Assembly (NCBI GenBank): GCA_964016885.1
Contig: OZ024745.1
Location: 132,494,001-132,558,000, forward strand
Origin: Eledone cirrhosa
Taxonomy: Eukaryota
DNA: 64,000 nt
Direction: 5' to 3'
Shown: positions 42,044-53,743 of the stretch, in pieces
Layout: each line of letters begins with the position of its first letter
Position numbering within the stretch: position 1 is the stretch's first letter
Notes under the pieces: model-generated
Databases searched by the model: none
The model's input: only the letters and a program-made list of their open reading frames with translations
What the model was told of the DNA's origin: nothing
Position numbers and translations under genes: made by a program

Positions 42044-42102
<59 letters not shown>

Positions 42103-42286
42103 CATATGCAGGAAGTGTAACGTGAAGTTACAGTAGTTACAGGTGAGCACTCGATGTTTAGGTTCACGTCAGTAGCGAGGTGTAGAGCTAAGCAGAGTGT
42201 AATATAATGATACAAGGACGATTTGTTAAGTCTTCATTACCTTTATTGATTGGTGACGCGCATTTCGCTATTGATCAGCTCAGGGC

Positions 42287-42334
<48 letters not shown>

Positions 42335-42465
42335 GATGTTATATTTAATTTGTTGGGATTCAACAAGCTTAAAAATATTTATACTGATATAAAGCACTCA
42401 ACAGTTAAGTGGAGTAAATATATAATATATTAACAAATGGAAACTATATTTTTAAAACCATATAA

Positions 42466-42529
42466 ATTTTATTATACATATTTCAAGGGCCACTAAGGCA
42501 AATTATGGTGCGCGTTCATCAGATAAAAT
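42466..42529 (-). ncRNA. Type I hammerhead motif in left PLE arm
   Basis: ATTTTAT-CTGATGA-ACGCGCACCA...TAGTGGCCCTT-GAAAT-ATGT-ATA-ATAAAAT. Confidence 0.78.
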
Positions 42530-43320
42530 ACAATACAGATTAGTTTTATAAATTAATATTGACATACCCTGAAAAAAGACAACCTTAACGATTGGAGCTT
42601 CCTGGATAGTAGAGATATTACATTTATTGAGGGTGACAGAAAGTTATGATTGCAAATGGGTGTCCTAAAGGTTTAAAAGATAACGGTTTATTTAAATTAA
42701 ACTGTTGGAAGAAGATGATATTGTGAGGGAGAGAGAAAAAAGAAAGAAAGAGAAAAAGAAGGAATGATTATATATATATTTTTGACAGTGGAAATAGTGT
42801 GAAGAGAGGAGAGCGTGATTATATTTAAGTGAGAGAAAATATTAGTTATAAAGAACAAATACAGCGTAAGTATGTTTACGTGAGAGGAAAAAAGAAGAAA
42901 CGGAGAAATGAGGGTAGCGTGGAGGAATAATAAAGCAGGATTAGTTATGTTTTGATTATACTATTTATAATGATAGGTTGAACAAATTTGATTAAAGGTT
43001 TAATTAATAATTTAATAATTAGTTTAAATGTGTATGTTAAGGATTATAAATTATTAAAAAAGTATATATTATATATTATTAAAATTTGTAAGTCAAAAAT
43101 TTAAAATATGCAAATAATTCTAAATTTATGGAAAAATTTTCGAGAGTTTACAAAAGAATAACCACTTATTTGTATTATAATAACAATAACGCGTAAAGGA
43201 AGTTATAAGTGATTTATTAATAACTTAGATGACTCTAAGGATTAAATGCTATAAAGTTAAGAAGTTAAAAAGTTAAATTTTCTATCTTAAGAATGTAATT
43301 AGAACATGAACCTTATGTTT

Positions 43321-43796
43321 AGATTCTCATTTATTTCATGAAATTGATAATAAAGACGAGTGTTAAGGTTTAAAGTTACATCTAGAAAATTAACTATTTT
43401 ATAATTATTCTTTACTTCTACTTTAAGATTAAGGCAATTAAAAAATTGTATAATTTCTTTTCTTTTCCTATTTATTTCACAATTATTATTATTTTCTATA
43501 AGTAATAGCATATCGTCCCGATATAAACCACCGGTCATCTCCGGTATTTTCCTATGTAAAGTAATATTAATAAAAAGCCCCACAAGATCCGAATCGGATG
43601 ACCCCATAGTAATATCAAAATTGCTATCTCTGTCTGCTCTAGTTCAGAGGTGGTTGTTAAATTTAATTAATGTTTTACGTGCAGTTAAGATAATGTGCAT
43701 ATCATTACTAGATAAATCTGTATATTTAAATACATATGTAAGGGCTTTATTAAGTAGATTAGGAGTGATAGATGAGTAATAATTAGCAATATCCAA
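43321..43796 (-). pseudogene. Inverted PLE RT segment (motifs A-C)
   Basis: DIANYYSSI...FDITMGSSDS...DLVGLFI...GLYRDD...VNFLDVTLNL, with one internal stop. Confidence 0.85.
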
Positions 43797-44987
43797 TTGA
43801 AAATACCGGAGATGACCGGTGGTTTATATCGAGACGATATGCTATTACTTATAGAAAATAATAATAATTGTGAAATAAATAGGAAAAGAAAAGAAATTAT
43901 ACAATTTTTTAATTGCCTTAATCTTAAACTAGAAGTAGAGAATAATTATAAAATAGTTAATTTTCTAGATGTAACTTTAAACCTTAACACTGGTCTTTAT
44001 TATCCATTTCATAAAATAAATGAGAACTTAAACTACGTTAACTTTAATTCCAATCACCCCAGATCCGTTAAAAACACTATAGTAAATTCTGTGCAGCAAC
44101 GTATTTCTAGAATTTCAGCTAATAAGAATATTTTTGAAGATAAAGCACAATATTATAAGGAAGCGTTAGGTAGAGCAATCTATAGTAATAAAATTAAATA
44201 CATTGATAATAAGGACGTGCCAACTAACCATAACTATAAATATTATAATAGAAAACCTTACAATAACTCGAAAACCAAAAGACGAAATAGAACTAGAAAT
44301 ATATTATGGTTCGCTCCCCCTTTCTCCTTAAGTATTAAAACTCCTATTGCAAAATTATTCTTTAAAGCTCTAGATAAATGCTTTCCTAGAACACATGGGT
44401 ATTACTCAATATTTAATAGACATACTATTAAATTACCATATTCCACCACTAAGAATTTAGCGCAGAATATTAATAGAATTAATAATAGAAACTTCAAACC
44501 TAACCAGAATACCATTAATACCCCTAGCAATGATACGGCTCCCAGTAATTTAAATTTAGATAAATATAACTGTAGAAATAAATCTAACTGTCCTCTAAAT
44601 AATAATTGTTTAGTTAAAAATATAGTATACAATTGTAATGTAAAAACTAATGTAAACTCCTGTAATTATGTAGGCTCTACCTCCCCAGACTTTAAGTCCC
44701 GTTTTAATAACGACAAATCTTCTTTTACGAATATTAGTAACACAACTTCATCTTCTCTATCAAACTTTCTATGGGACCTGAAATCAAAGAACATTAACTA
44801 TTCTTTACTTTGGAATATTATCTCCAGATCTCCTTCATACACTGCTTTATCCGAAAATTGCGCTCTTTGTGTCGAAGAAATATTCTTTATACTAAAAAGT
44901 AAGAACTCTATTAATTTAAGGAATAATTTATTTAGTTCTTGCAAACATCGTTTAAATTCAACTTTTAAATATATATATAAAATGTAA
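43797..44987 (+). CDS. 5'-truncated PLE polyprotein: RT C-half, thumb, Cys linker, GIY-YIG endonuclease
   Basis: 396-aa ORF: GLYRDD, NFLDVTLNL, SNHP, RNILWFAPPFS, YNCRNKSNCPLNNNCL, NIVY...YVGST, CALC..E, CKHR. Confidence 0.9.
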   Translation: MKIPEMTGGLYRDDMLLLIENNNNCEINRKRKEIIQFFNCLNLKLEVENNYKIVNFLDVTLNLNTGLYYPFHKINENLNYVNFNSNHPRSVKNTIVNSVQQRISRISANKNIFEDKAQYYKEALGRAIYSNKIKYIDNKDVPTNHNYKYYNRKPYNNSKTKRRNRTRNILWFAPPFSLSIKTPIAKLFFKALDKCFPRTHGYYSIFNRHTIKLPYSTTKNLAQNINRINNRNFKPNQNTINTPSNDTAPSNLNLDKYNCRNKSNCPLNNNCLVKNIVYNCNVKTNVNSCNYVGSTSPDFKSRFNNDKSSFTNISNTTSSSLSNFLWDLKSKNINYSLLWNIISRSPSYTALSENCALCVEEIFFILKSKNSINLRNNLFSSCKHRLNSTFKYIYKM

Positions 44988-45726
44988 TATAAAACTTATC
45001 TCTTTTACATAATGTCTTCTATATCCATATATGATTCATATACTTAACTTATTTTCTATTATCTCTACTTCACACATATATTATTACACCTATCGAGAGA
45101 TCATTAAATTCCTTTATATGACTGCTTGAAACTCCTTTAAGGAAATTTATTTTTGATAAACTTACTGAAGGGTTTAAGAAAATCTTTTGAAAATTCCTTT
45201 GAAGGATATACAAAAAGTATCTTTATATTTTTATATTCTTATATTTTTTCAAATTTTTTAATATATATATCCAAATGTTTATATATATGTGATAAACATG
45301 TTTTTTATGTATGTGTGGAGTAACCTATGGTTTATGCTTTAAATATATTCTTATGAAAAATGTTTATGCTTTATCCTTTAAATATATTCATATGAAAAAT
45401 GTTTTAAATGTTATAATTTTTAAATGTTATAACTTTATAGCAAGTAAATTTATAAATTTATGACTTCGTATAAAATAACATAAAGTTATATGTTCTAATT
45501 ACATTCTTAAGATAGAAAATTTAACTTTTTAACTTCTTAACTTTATAGCATTTAATCCTTAGAGTCATCTGAGTTATTAATAAATCACTTATAACTTCCT
45601 TTACGCTTTACTGTTAATATAATACAAATAAGTGGTTATTCTTTTGTAAACTCTCGAAAATCTTTCCATAAATTTAGAATTATTTGGATATTTTAAATTT
45701 TTGACTTACAAATTTTAATAATATAT

Positions 45727-45840
45727 AATTGTTTCTACTTTAGGCACAAGGCCAGCAATTACCCAGTACGTTACTGGTACTTTATTTTATCGACCCCGTA
45801 AGGATGAAAGGCAAAGTTAACCTAGGCGGGATTTGAACTT
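45727..45840 (-). mobile_element. 5'-truncated SINE inserted in the right PLE arm only
   Basis: SINE core present here and absent from the mirrored left arm. Confidence 0.9.
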
Positions 45841-46424
45841 ATATTTTTTAAATAATATATAATATATATTTTTTAATAATTTATAATCCTTTTATACACA
45901 TTTAAACTAATTATTAAATTATTAATTAAACCTTCAATCAAATTTATTAATTAAACCTTTAATCAAATTTTTTCAACCTATCATTATAACTAGTATAATC
46001 AAAACATAACTAATCCTGCTTTATTATTCCTCCACGCTACCCTCATTTCTTCGTTTCTTCTTCTTTCCTCTCACGTAAACATACTTACGCTGTATTTGTC
46101 CTTTATAACTAATATTTTCTCGCACTTAAATATAATCACGCTCTCCTCTCTTCACACTATTTCCACTGTCAAAAATATATATATAATCATTCCTTCTTTT
46201 TCTCTTTCTTTCTTTTTTCTCTCTCCCTCACAATATCATCTTCTTCCAACAGTTTAATTTAAATAAACCGTTATCTTTTAAACCTTTAGGACACCCATTT
46301 GCAATCATAACTTTCTGTCACCCTCAATAAATGTAATATCTCCACTATCCACGAAGCTCCAACCGTTAAGGTTGTCTTTTTTCAGGGTATGTCAATATTA
46401 ATTTATAAAACTAATCTGTATTGT

Positions 46425-46488
46425 ATTTTATCTGATGAAAGCGCACCATAATATGCCTTGGTGGCCCTTGAAATATGTATAATAAAAT
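46425..46488 (+). ncRNA. Type I hammerhead motif near PLE 3' end
   Basis: ATTTTAT-CTGATGA-AAGCGCACCA TAATATGCCT TGGTGGCCCTT-GAAAT-ATGT-ATA-ATAAAAT. Confidence 0.82.
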
Positions 46489-46527
46489 AAATATGGTTTT
46501 ATAAATATAGTTTCCATTTGTTAATAT

Positions 46528-46596
<69 letters not shown>

Positions 46597-47233
46597 ATTC
46601 AACACGACCACTATCCCACTGTATGTACATACATATTTCAGAGGCATGGAATAACCATGATTACAATTACAACTATTTGCTCGTATCACATATATATTTG
46701 AATCTTTTAAACTGAACCTGTTTCTGCTAACAAATAGTAATATATAAAGCAAGCGGTATAAACCAGTGTTAACTGACCTAATATCATGTATGAGGCTTGT
46801 GGCCTCTAGAAATTCCCATCGGTTTAAGACGTATAACACACCACACCAATTATATAATGTTTGTGAATATATTTTAAACTTTAACTTTCGATGTTAATTT
46901 CGAATGACGTCTCCAGTATTGAGATAATATAATAGATTTTGAAGAGGATTTGAACTGTTGATGTTTTGTCTTAGGACTTCAACTATTTCAATAAACAGAC
47001 GTTTGCTATGAATAGCAAATATAAATATTTTATTTGAAGCCCGATTTGCTTCCTTTGTATGTTATCGTTGATAAGTATTACACTAGTGTAAAAGAGGATT
47101 CCTGCAGAGAACTTGAAACTTACATTTTTTCCGTGCTTGACTGATGTATCGAAGATGTTTCATGTATCCTTTTGATACACACACACACACACACATATAT
47201 ATACATATATATATATATAAATATATATATATA

Positions 47234-47307
<74 letters not shown>

Positions 47308-47709
47308 TATAATGTGTGTGTGTGACGGGGGTTCTAACCACCTTGTTTGAAGGTGTTTACAACACCAGTTTTTATACAGACATGGCTCAAAACCGTTTCT
47401 TTTAAAATCAGTTCTATTTTTCTGATAAGCTCTCAATAGTGTGGTTTTGCTTTCTTATTCTAGAATTATTGTTTAGCCTCCCACAGTGTCCTACCATATA
47501 TATATATATATATACTAGATGAGAGTTTGTCAGAATTTCAGCTTTTTCACATCCAGTAACCTTTGATTATTTCTATGTACATTTTCTCTTCCCAACATAT
47601 CATTTTCAGCATTAAGAAGGCTTTGAAAATGGATAATAAATCTGTTTTTCTTCTAACTGAAGATGTACGTAGTCGCAATAGTCATTATGTTACTATCTCA
47701 GTCTCGTTG

Positions 47710-47895
47710 TGGGTTGGCAGTATCGGTAGAGGTTTCGACGCCATGCTTTGTAGCACAGTTACGCCCCTTTACAGACTGAGTTCAAATCCCGCCGAGGTTA
47801 ACTTTGCCTTTCATCCTTACGGGGTCGATAAAATAAAGTACCAGTAATACACTGGGTTGATTGCTGGCATTGTGCCAAAAAGTAGAAACAGTTAT
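47710..47895 (+). mobile_element. SINE (major family)
   Basis: Full-length A box, B box and core. Confidence 0.9.
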
Positions 47896-47924
47896 ATTTA
47901 CTAACGACTGAACTCAACAGCAGC

Positions 47925-48110
47925 AGCTTCTTCTTCTTCTTCTGCTTCTTCTTCTTCTTCTTCTTCTTCTTCTTCTTCTTCTTCTTCTTCTTCTTCTTCT
48001 TCTTCTTCTTCTTCTTCTTCTTCTTCTTCTTCTTCTTCTTCTTCTTCTTCTTCTTCTTCTTCTTCTTCTTCTTCTTCTTCTTCCTCCACCACCACCACCA
48101 CCACCACCAG

Positions 48111-48155
<45 letters not shown>

Positions 48156-48181
48156 CACTACTACTACTACTACTACTACTA
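47925..48181. repeat. Compound (TTC)n-(CAC)n-(TAC)n microsatellite
   Basis: Directly visible. Confidence 0.97.
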
Positions 48182-48529
48182 GTTTAGTGGGCTATATCAC
48201 TCTTTAGAATTTGGAAATATGTACTACCACATATACGAATATAATTATCTGTGGACTGTCAATACTTAACGCCTAGCAGGCCCCTGACAAATAGTCGGAA
48301 TATGGTTTGTATGAACAATGTTTCTGCCGCAGGCGCATTTCTAACTCTGATAACCGTATAATTATACTGCACAGGAAGTGAAATTCATATTATGATAAAC
48401 ACATATTATAGATAACACACACACACACGTACACACACACACCCTCGCGCACGCATGCACACATACGCTCGCGCGCACATGCACACACACGCTCGCGCAC
48501 GCATGCACACATGCTCACGCACACACACA

Positions 48530-48780
48530 CAAGTAGACTCGAAAGTAGGAGTCAGAGGTGACTGCGGTCAGTTGGACATGCTCACCGACATTCAGACTTG
48601 ACACTGCACTCAGTGCTCCTGTGGGAGCCCCTACACGGACACATAAAAGAGGGAGACCGAGGTTGACATATAATAGTGCCCTAAGGACAGACACTAGTCT
48701 CTTAGAGACGAAGGATATGGCGGCCATGATGAAGGACAGACATCGCTGGAGAGAACTTGTCCATGGATATCGTTTCTTTT
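48530..48780 (+). mobile_element. RTE/RTE-X-like LINE 3' fragment
   Basis: GHA.RH, VLLWEP.HG, RGRPRLTY...MKDRHRWRELV. Confidence 0.7.
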
Positions 48781-48963
48781 TTCCCACTTCAGGTAGACGC
48801 GCTCCATCATCTACTTTTCTAAGAAAATATATCATACACAAAACGCCAGCACCAATAGTTTTCCAAGGGATGACAACAGGAATCGATCTGTTATTTTCAT
48901 CTAAAGACATTTTTTTCCAATTCTACCCCGCCCGTACCTTTAATGTATTTTATTTCTCATTCT

Positions 48964-49000
48964 TTCTCCTGATGAAGGACTAACGTCCAAAACGTTAAGA
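48964..49000 (+). ncRNA. Minimal PLE-type hammerhead motif with G12A lesion
   Basis: TCTC-CTGATGA-AGGAC TAAC GTCC-AAAAC-GT-TA-AGA; palindromic AACGTT stem III. Confidence 0.65.
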
Positions 49001-49129
49001 CCCTCTTCCTACTATTTCAAGCGTTAACCTAATATATTTCTTCCATATACTGTACCTATTGTGTTGCTATTTCTGTTTACCTTTTACATACATGCCATAC
49101 ATACATTCATATATATATATATACACACA

Positions 49130-49268
49130 GTTCGGATGTAGCTATCGAAACAGCCGGAGTTCAGCCGTCGGGGTCCTGACTCTGTTCATATCACCCACTC
49201 TACTACTCTAAGTATTGAGTACTCTCTTGCGTTATGGTCCACCTGGTATCTCACCACACCTTATTTGT
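49130..49268 (+). repeat. Short PLE-end family copy with HHR 3' half, between (TA)n tracts
   Basis: GAAAC-AGCCGGAGTTCAGCC-GTC-GGGGTCCTGACTC; homologous to 13762-13885 and 31590-31740. Confidence 0.75.
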
Positions 49269-49774
49269 TATATATATATATACATACACTTAGTATTAAC
49301 GCACAAGCATACACGCACATGTATATAATATGAATCGCCTCAAGATATTATGCAGTGGCTTAGACTCGCTATTAAAATACACTCGGTATTACTTAATATT
49401 TTTTGGATCAAATGAAAAAAAAAAATCTATGATTCTTTCATGGGATATGGCAAGCAACTTTATTGCCAAATTTACGTTGATATTTCTTACACTCTCACTT
49501 TAATAGATTATTGGAAGTAAATTAATGTAATCTTTGAAGCGGTTCCAAAGCTATCGGACTGTATTTTGGTTGCATTTAAAACATCTAAAGATTGATTCTA
49601 AAGCTTCAAAGTATAGAGTAAATATGTTTATAAAATTATTAACAAAAATCTTGCATAAAATTACAATTATACAAAAATATCCTGCCTTCGCCAAAATAAA
49701 CAAACAAATATTGCGATCCAATAAATATCGTTTTACAACAAATAAACCTCAAATTCTTCGGGAGGTTTCCTAAA

Positions 49775-49925
49775 AAAAAATCTTTATTGACCTTAATCTG
49801 ACTAAAGCTGTCTCTCAATCTCTTTTGTCTATCTTTCTTATATTCCTTCGCATATATGCCTTCTTTATACCCCAAACTCTTGAAGACAAATCTCAGTTTA
49901 GTTATTCCTTCATTGACGAACAAAA
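49775..49925 (-). mobile_element. Possible Mutator-like transposase C-terminal remnant
   Basis: FVNEGITKLRFVFKSLGYKEG...KDRQKRL resembles the FN.G.......LG...G.......D..R tail of invertebrate MULE transposases. Confidence 0.4.
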
Positions 49926-50879
49926 TATATTTAAATATAGAATATAGTATTTCACATTATTTACCAAAATATAAGTTACTCATTAGATCGGCTGCTGTTC
50001 TATCGTCGTCAAATGTTGCTAAGCTAGGAAATTAAATTCCTATTATTTCTGTAGCCAAAACAAATTATCACAAAAACGTACACCTATTTTATAATTTTGC
50101 CATTTTATTTCTTATTCTATTTCGGCTTAGAATTGTGAGGTTTATAAAGTAATATACAACCTACGTTTGTGGATATTAATATATATCTTTATAATCGACG
50201 AAATATACACCAAATTTATCTAAGTAAACAAACAAGAATTAATTAATTTTAACCTAATCTCAGGTGTGTCCTGCGTATGTTAACGTATTTGCTTCTACTG
50301 TATATGATAGCACTTGCAAAATGTGGAATAATACCCCAAAGCAAAAGAGGATATTGCCGCTGAGAATGTAATCCATTTTGAACTGTCTAGTATCTTTGAG
50401 GATATTTGAAGACAATGTGATTGTAGATATTTGCAATAATATTGGCAACGATGCCAGTTTCTTAATTTCCTAATGGCTGATTTGATGAAATTATGTATAT
50501 TACAAATGAATTACTAGAAAAGAAAACACAAATTAAAGCTTCATAAAATTTCCGTTTCTAATGAAGCTTTGAAGTCATCAATATTGTTTGATTAGGAGCA
50601 GGGTTTGATTAGTAGAAGTTAACTTTAGTTGTGAAGCTGGACGTATGTTTCCAGTGAAAAACAGGTGCCTACATTATGCTGAAATCTTAGCTTCGTAGAT
50701 CTTATCTCTCTCTCTCTTTATATATATATATGGATGTATTAATGAATGTCTTCATGTGGATATGTGTATATGTATTAATCCCCTCCTCTCTCTCAATATA
50801 TATATATATATATAAATGAAAGGTATAGTTAATAACTCATACTGAAACCCTGTAATTAACAAGCTCAAAGTATAAATAC

Positions 50880-51200
50880 CGAGTTCAAATCGCGTCGAGG
50901 TTGACTTTGCCTTTCATCCTTACGGGGTCGATAAAATAAAGTACCAGTAATGCACTGGGTAATTGCTGGCCTTGTGCCTAAAGTAGAAACAATAATAATA
51001 TATACGGCCGTGAATTAGCAGTATCGGTAGAGGGTCGGACTCCATGATTTGATGCATAGAGTTACGGCCCTTGGCATTCTGAGTTCAAATCCCGCCTTGG
51101 TTAACTTTGCCTTTCATCCTTATGGGGTCGATAAAATAAAGTACCAGTAATACACTGGATAATTGCTGGCCTTGTGCCAAAAGTAGAAACAATTATAATA
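50880..51200 (+). mobile_element. Two tandem SINE copies (50880-51000 truncated; 51005-51200)
   Basis: Two cores and two B boxes. Confidence 0.9.
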
Positions 51201-51228
51201 ATATATGCAGTAATAAACACAGTAAATC

Positions 51229-51631
51229 GTGTGTCTAATATTACGAGGGTTGAAGAACCACATTTGTTTGAAATATTCAACCATGAAACAGACAGAATGA
51301 TAAAGGTATTCATACAGACCACCTCAATAACGATTACATCTCCCGGACAGATAATGGGTTAATTTGTTCACACCACCTTTGACTTACGGCACACGAGGTG
51401 AAGTATTCACTTTTTTGTGTGACTGTTAGCATTAGGCGTTTGTCGCATTTAATCAGATTCTCTCGCTGATAATGTTACAAACACTCAGGGCGAAACAGAT
51501 TAACCCATTATCTGTCCGGGAGATGTAATTGTTATTGAGGCGGTCTTTATGAATATCTTTCATTCTGTCTGTTTCATGGTTGAATATTTCAAACAAATGT
51601 GGTTCTTCAACCCTCGTAATATTAGACACAC
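51229..51631. mobile_element. Fold-back element with ~138-bp inverted arms (MITE or PLE end)
   Basis: GTGTCTAATATTACGAGGGTTGAAGAACC... matches the reverse complement of 51494-51631. Confidence 0.85.
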
Positions 51632-51934
51632 TATATAAGTTTCTCTTTGTCTTAATTTCGTGTATATTTTGACCGGCCACCATCCCGGTGGCAGACTTGT
51701 AAAAGAAAATAAATTTTCATCCCTTGAATCGCAAGAATGTTTTGTAAATTTTGAAGGTGCCAGCTACTGCAGCCATTTGTAGTTTCCCTTGCCGTCCACC
51801 GGGGAAACGCCTTCTCCATTCTGTCCGCCGGGGCTGTGGGTGGGCCCCATCGCGTATTAGGCCGATAAATAAAGTACCAATCCGACATTGGTGTCGATTC
51901 TCTACCCACCATTTCTTTCTATCCACACACACAC

Positions 51935-52495
51935 ATCTTTCTGTCTATGAATGAGGGAGCTGCGCTCTTTGCCAACAAATCTAAATTTAGTCATACTCTG
52001 GTCCAAGCTGGTTGGTATATAACCTGTAGCTCTAATAATGGTGGGTATGAAGCTGAAGGTGTATTTTGGATACTGGATCTGTAAACTTCTCATCAATGGT
52101 CCGTAGATGTCCTCCTTCTGATGTATTGTTCTTACCACATTGATATCAAATGGGCAGCTGATCTCCAGAACAGAACACGTTTTCAATGTAAGGTGCCAAA
52201 CAACAATATCAGGCCGGTTGTGCTTTAATTTGGCGGCAGTTTTTATTTTCAGGTTCCACCAGTATTCCCTAGTGCCATCTATCACAACATATGTATGTAA
52301 ACGTTTTAGGTAAATGCATTCGATGTTCAGAGAGTGGATTGTCCCCGTGCAAAGCCTTTCCTCACTTAATGCTTCAATCACAGGTACCTCTTGATATGTG
52401 ACATTCCTTTCGATGCATGGCATTACTGGCCATAGGCAAATGCCTAACAAGACGTAGAAGCCACGTCTGAGATGCTCGTGTTTCATTATCAAGCT
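51935..52495 (-). mobile_element. R4/NeSL-type RLE endonuclease fragment
   Basis: YWWNLKIKT..KLKHNRPDIVVW...LEISCP.D.N....HQKEDIY (PD-(D/E)XK). Confidence 0.8.
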
Positions 52496-52756
52496 GTGAT
52501 TACTGTAAAATCAATTTGCAGCCATCATATATATATATATATTATAAATAAATGGAAAATATCTTTATATAACTATATTTATTTTATTATAAATATTTCA
52601 AGGGTGCTAATATTTAAGCACACTTTCGTCAGATACTGTAATAAAGTAAATATGGTTTTATTGATATTAATGATACTCCGGTTAAAACTTGTTGGGTGCT
52701 TCTAATCTGTTGTAAAATTAACTTTGCTGAATAATCAACAAACCAAATAATTCATT

Positions 52757-52831
<75 letters not shown>

Positions 52832-52838
<7 letters not shown>

Positions 52839-53170
52839 AATAAGGAAAAAGAGTGACACGGTTTGCTATACAAAAAAGGTTTTTAATCTCATTGCTGACA
52901 ATTGTTTCTCTGAACTGGTAGGTCTAGAGATCGCTAACCGCTTATTTTCGCGTTACTCGATCGCCAATACAAAATTATAACCAGTCAGTTCATCGGAGCT
53001 TGCGAGAATGAACTGACTGGTTATAATTTTGTATTGGCGATCGAGTAACGCGAAAATAAGCGGATAGCGATCTCTAGACCTACCAGTTCAGAGAAACAAT
53101 TGTCAGCAATGAGATTAAAAACCTTTTTTGTATAGCAAACCGTGTCACTCTACTTTCCTTGTTTATTATT
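52832..53170. repeat. Near-perfect fold-back (~160-bp arms, ~15-nt spacer) next to (TA)n
   Basis: 52834-52993 is the reverse complement of 53008-53168. Confidence 0.93.
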
Positions 53171-53333
53171 ACTCCAAGTGTTTACAACATAGGAATTACA
53201 GCGTACTCGCAGCATCACTATGGAAACGCCTTGTTGAGTCAAACTTAGCCAAGCGTTGATATCATCCATGACCCGGAGTACCATAACTGGACTACATCTA
53301 AGTGGACTGCATATAACTATTATTTGTTTCCCC

Positions 53334-53370
<37 letters not shown>

Positions 53371-53371
<1 letters not shown>

Positions 53372-53743
53372 GAGGGCAATCCCAAAAGTAAGGTGGTCTC
53401 CTTCCGATATTGCAACTTTTCCGTTAAAATCCTGTGGGTGGTGCTTCGGGAAACCTCAGGAACCAAAATGCAGAGAGCTTACAGAGTCATCCGCCGATCT
53501 TTACGCATGTTTTGGGATTGCCTTCTACATAATAACTGCGCGAAATTCGTACTTGGCGCTAGCGTTCAACGGGAGCTCCATTCTCAACGGCTGCCAAGCC
53601 AAGATTGAGCATCCCAGCGAAGCACGCGCATGATTGTTTGGGAGTGAAGGAAGCAACAATCACAACAGTGTTGCCAACAGCCGTACGAACAGTTTCTCTG
53701 CGTCTCCATCGCTTTGGAGACCTTACTTTTGGGATTACCATCG
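53371..53743 (-). mobile_element. Internally deleted mariner element
   Basis: TIRs CGAGGGCAATCCCAAAAGTAAGG / CCTTACTTTTGGGATTACCATCG, TA flanks; minus strand encodes MELPLNASAKYEFRAVI and STTHRILTEKLQYRK (transposase HTH region). Confidence 0.85.

Larger units (their letters stand above)
41085..42050. mobile_element. Retrozyme-like array: 316-bp monomer, 1.2 copies in one orientation then ~1.9 tandem copies inverted, in (TA)n
   Basis: Period 316 bp (41641 vs 41957); copies near-identical; no ORF of note; one HHR per monomer. Confidence 0.88.
42331..46533 (+). mobile_element. Penelope-like element (C-terminal GIY-YIG, Hydra-clade-like) with ~0.9-kb inverted pseudo-LTR arms and inverted RT segment, in (TA)n
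   Basis: 42421-43320 is the reverse complement of 45477-46533 (excluding the SINE insertion); 43321-43550 mirrors 43800-44030. Confidence 0.9.

Noticed and set aside
43640-43650. In-frame TGA in PLE RT as selenocysteine recoding
   Set aside because: Single stop at a probable Trp position in a rearranged, decayed copy; no SECIS recognised
47901-48158. Poly-Val/poly-Glu ORF
   Set aside because: Pure trinucleotide repeats
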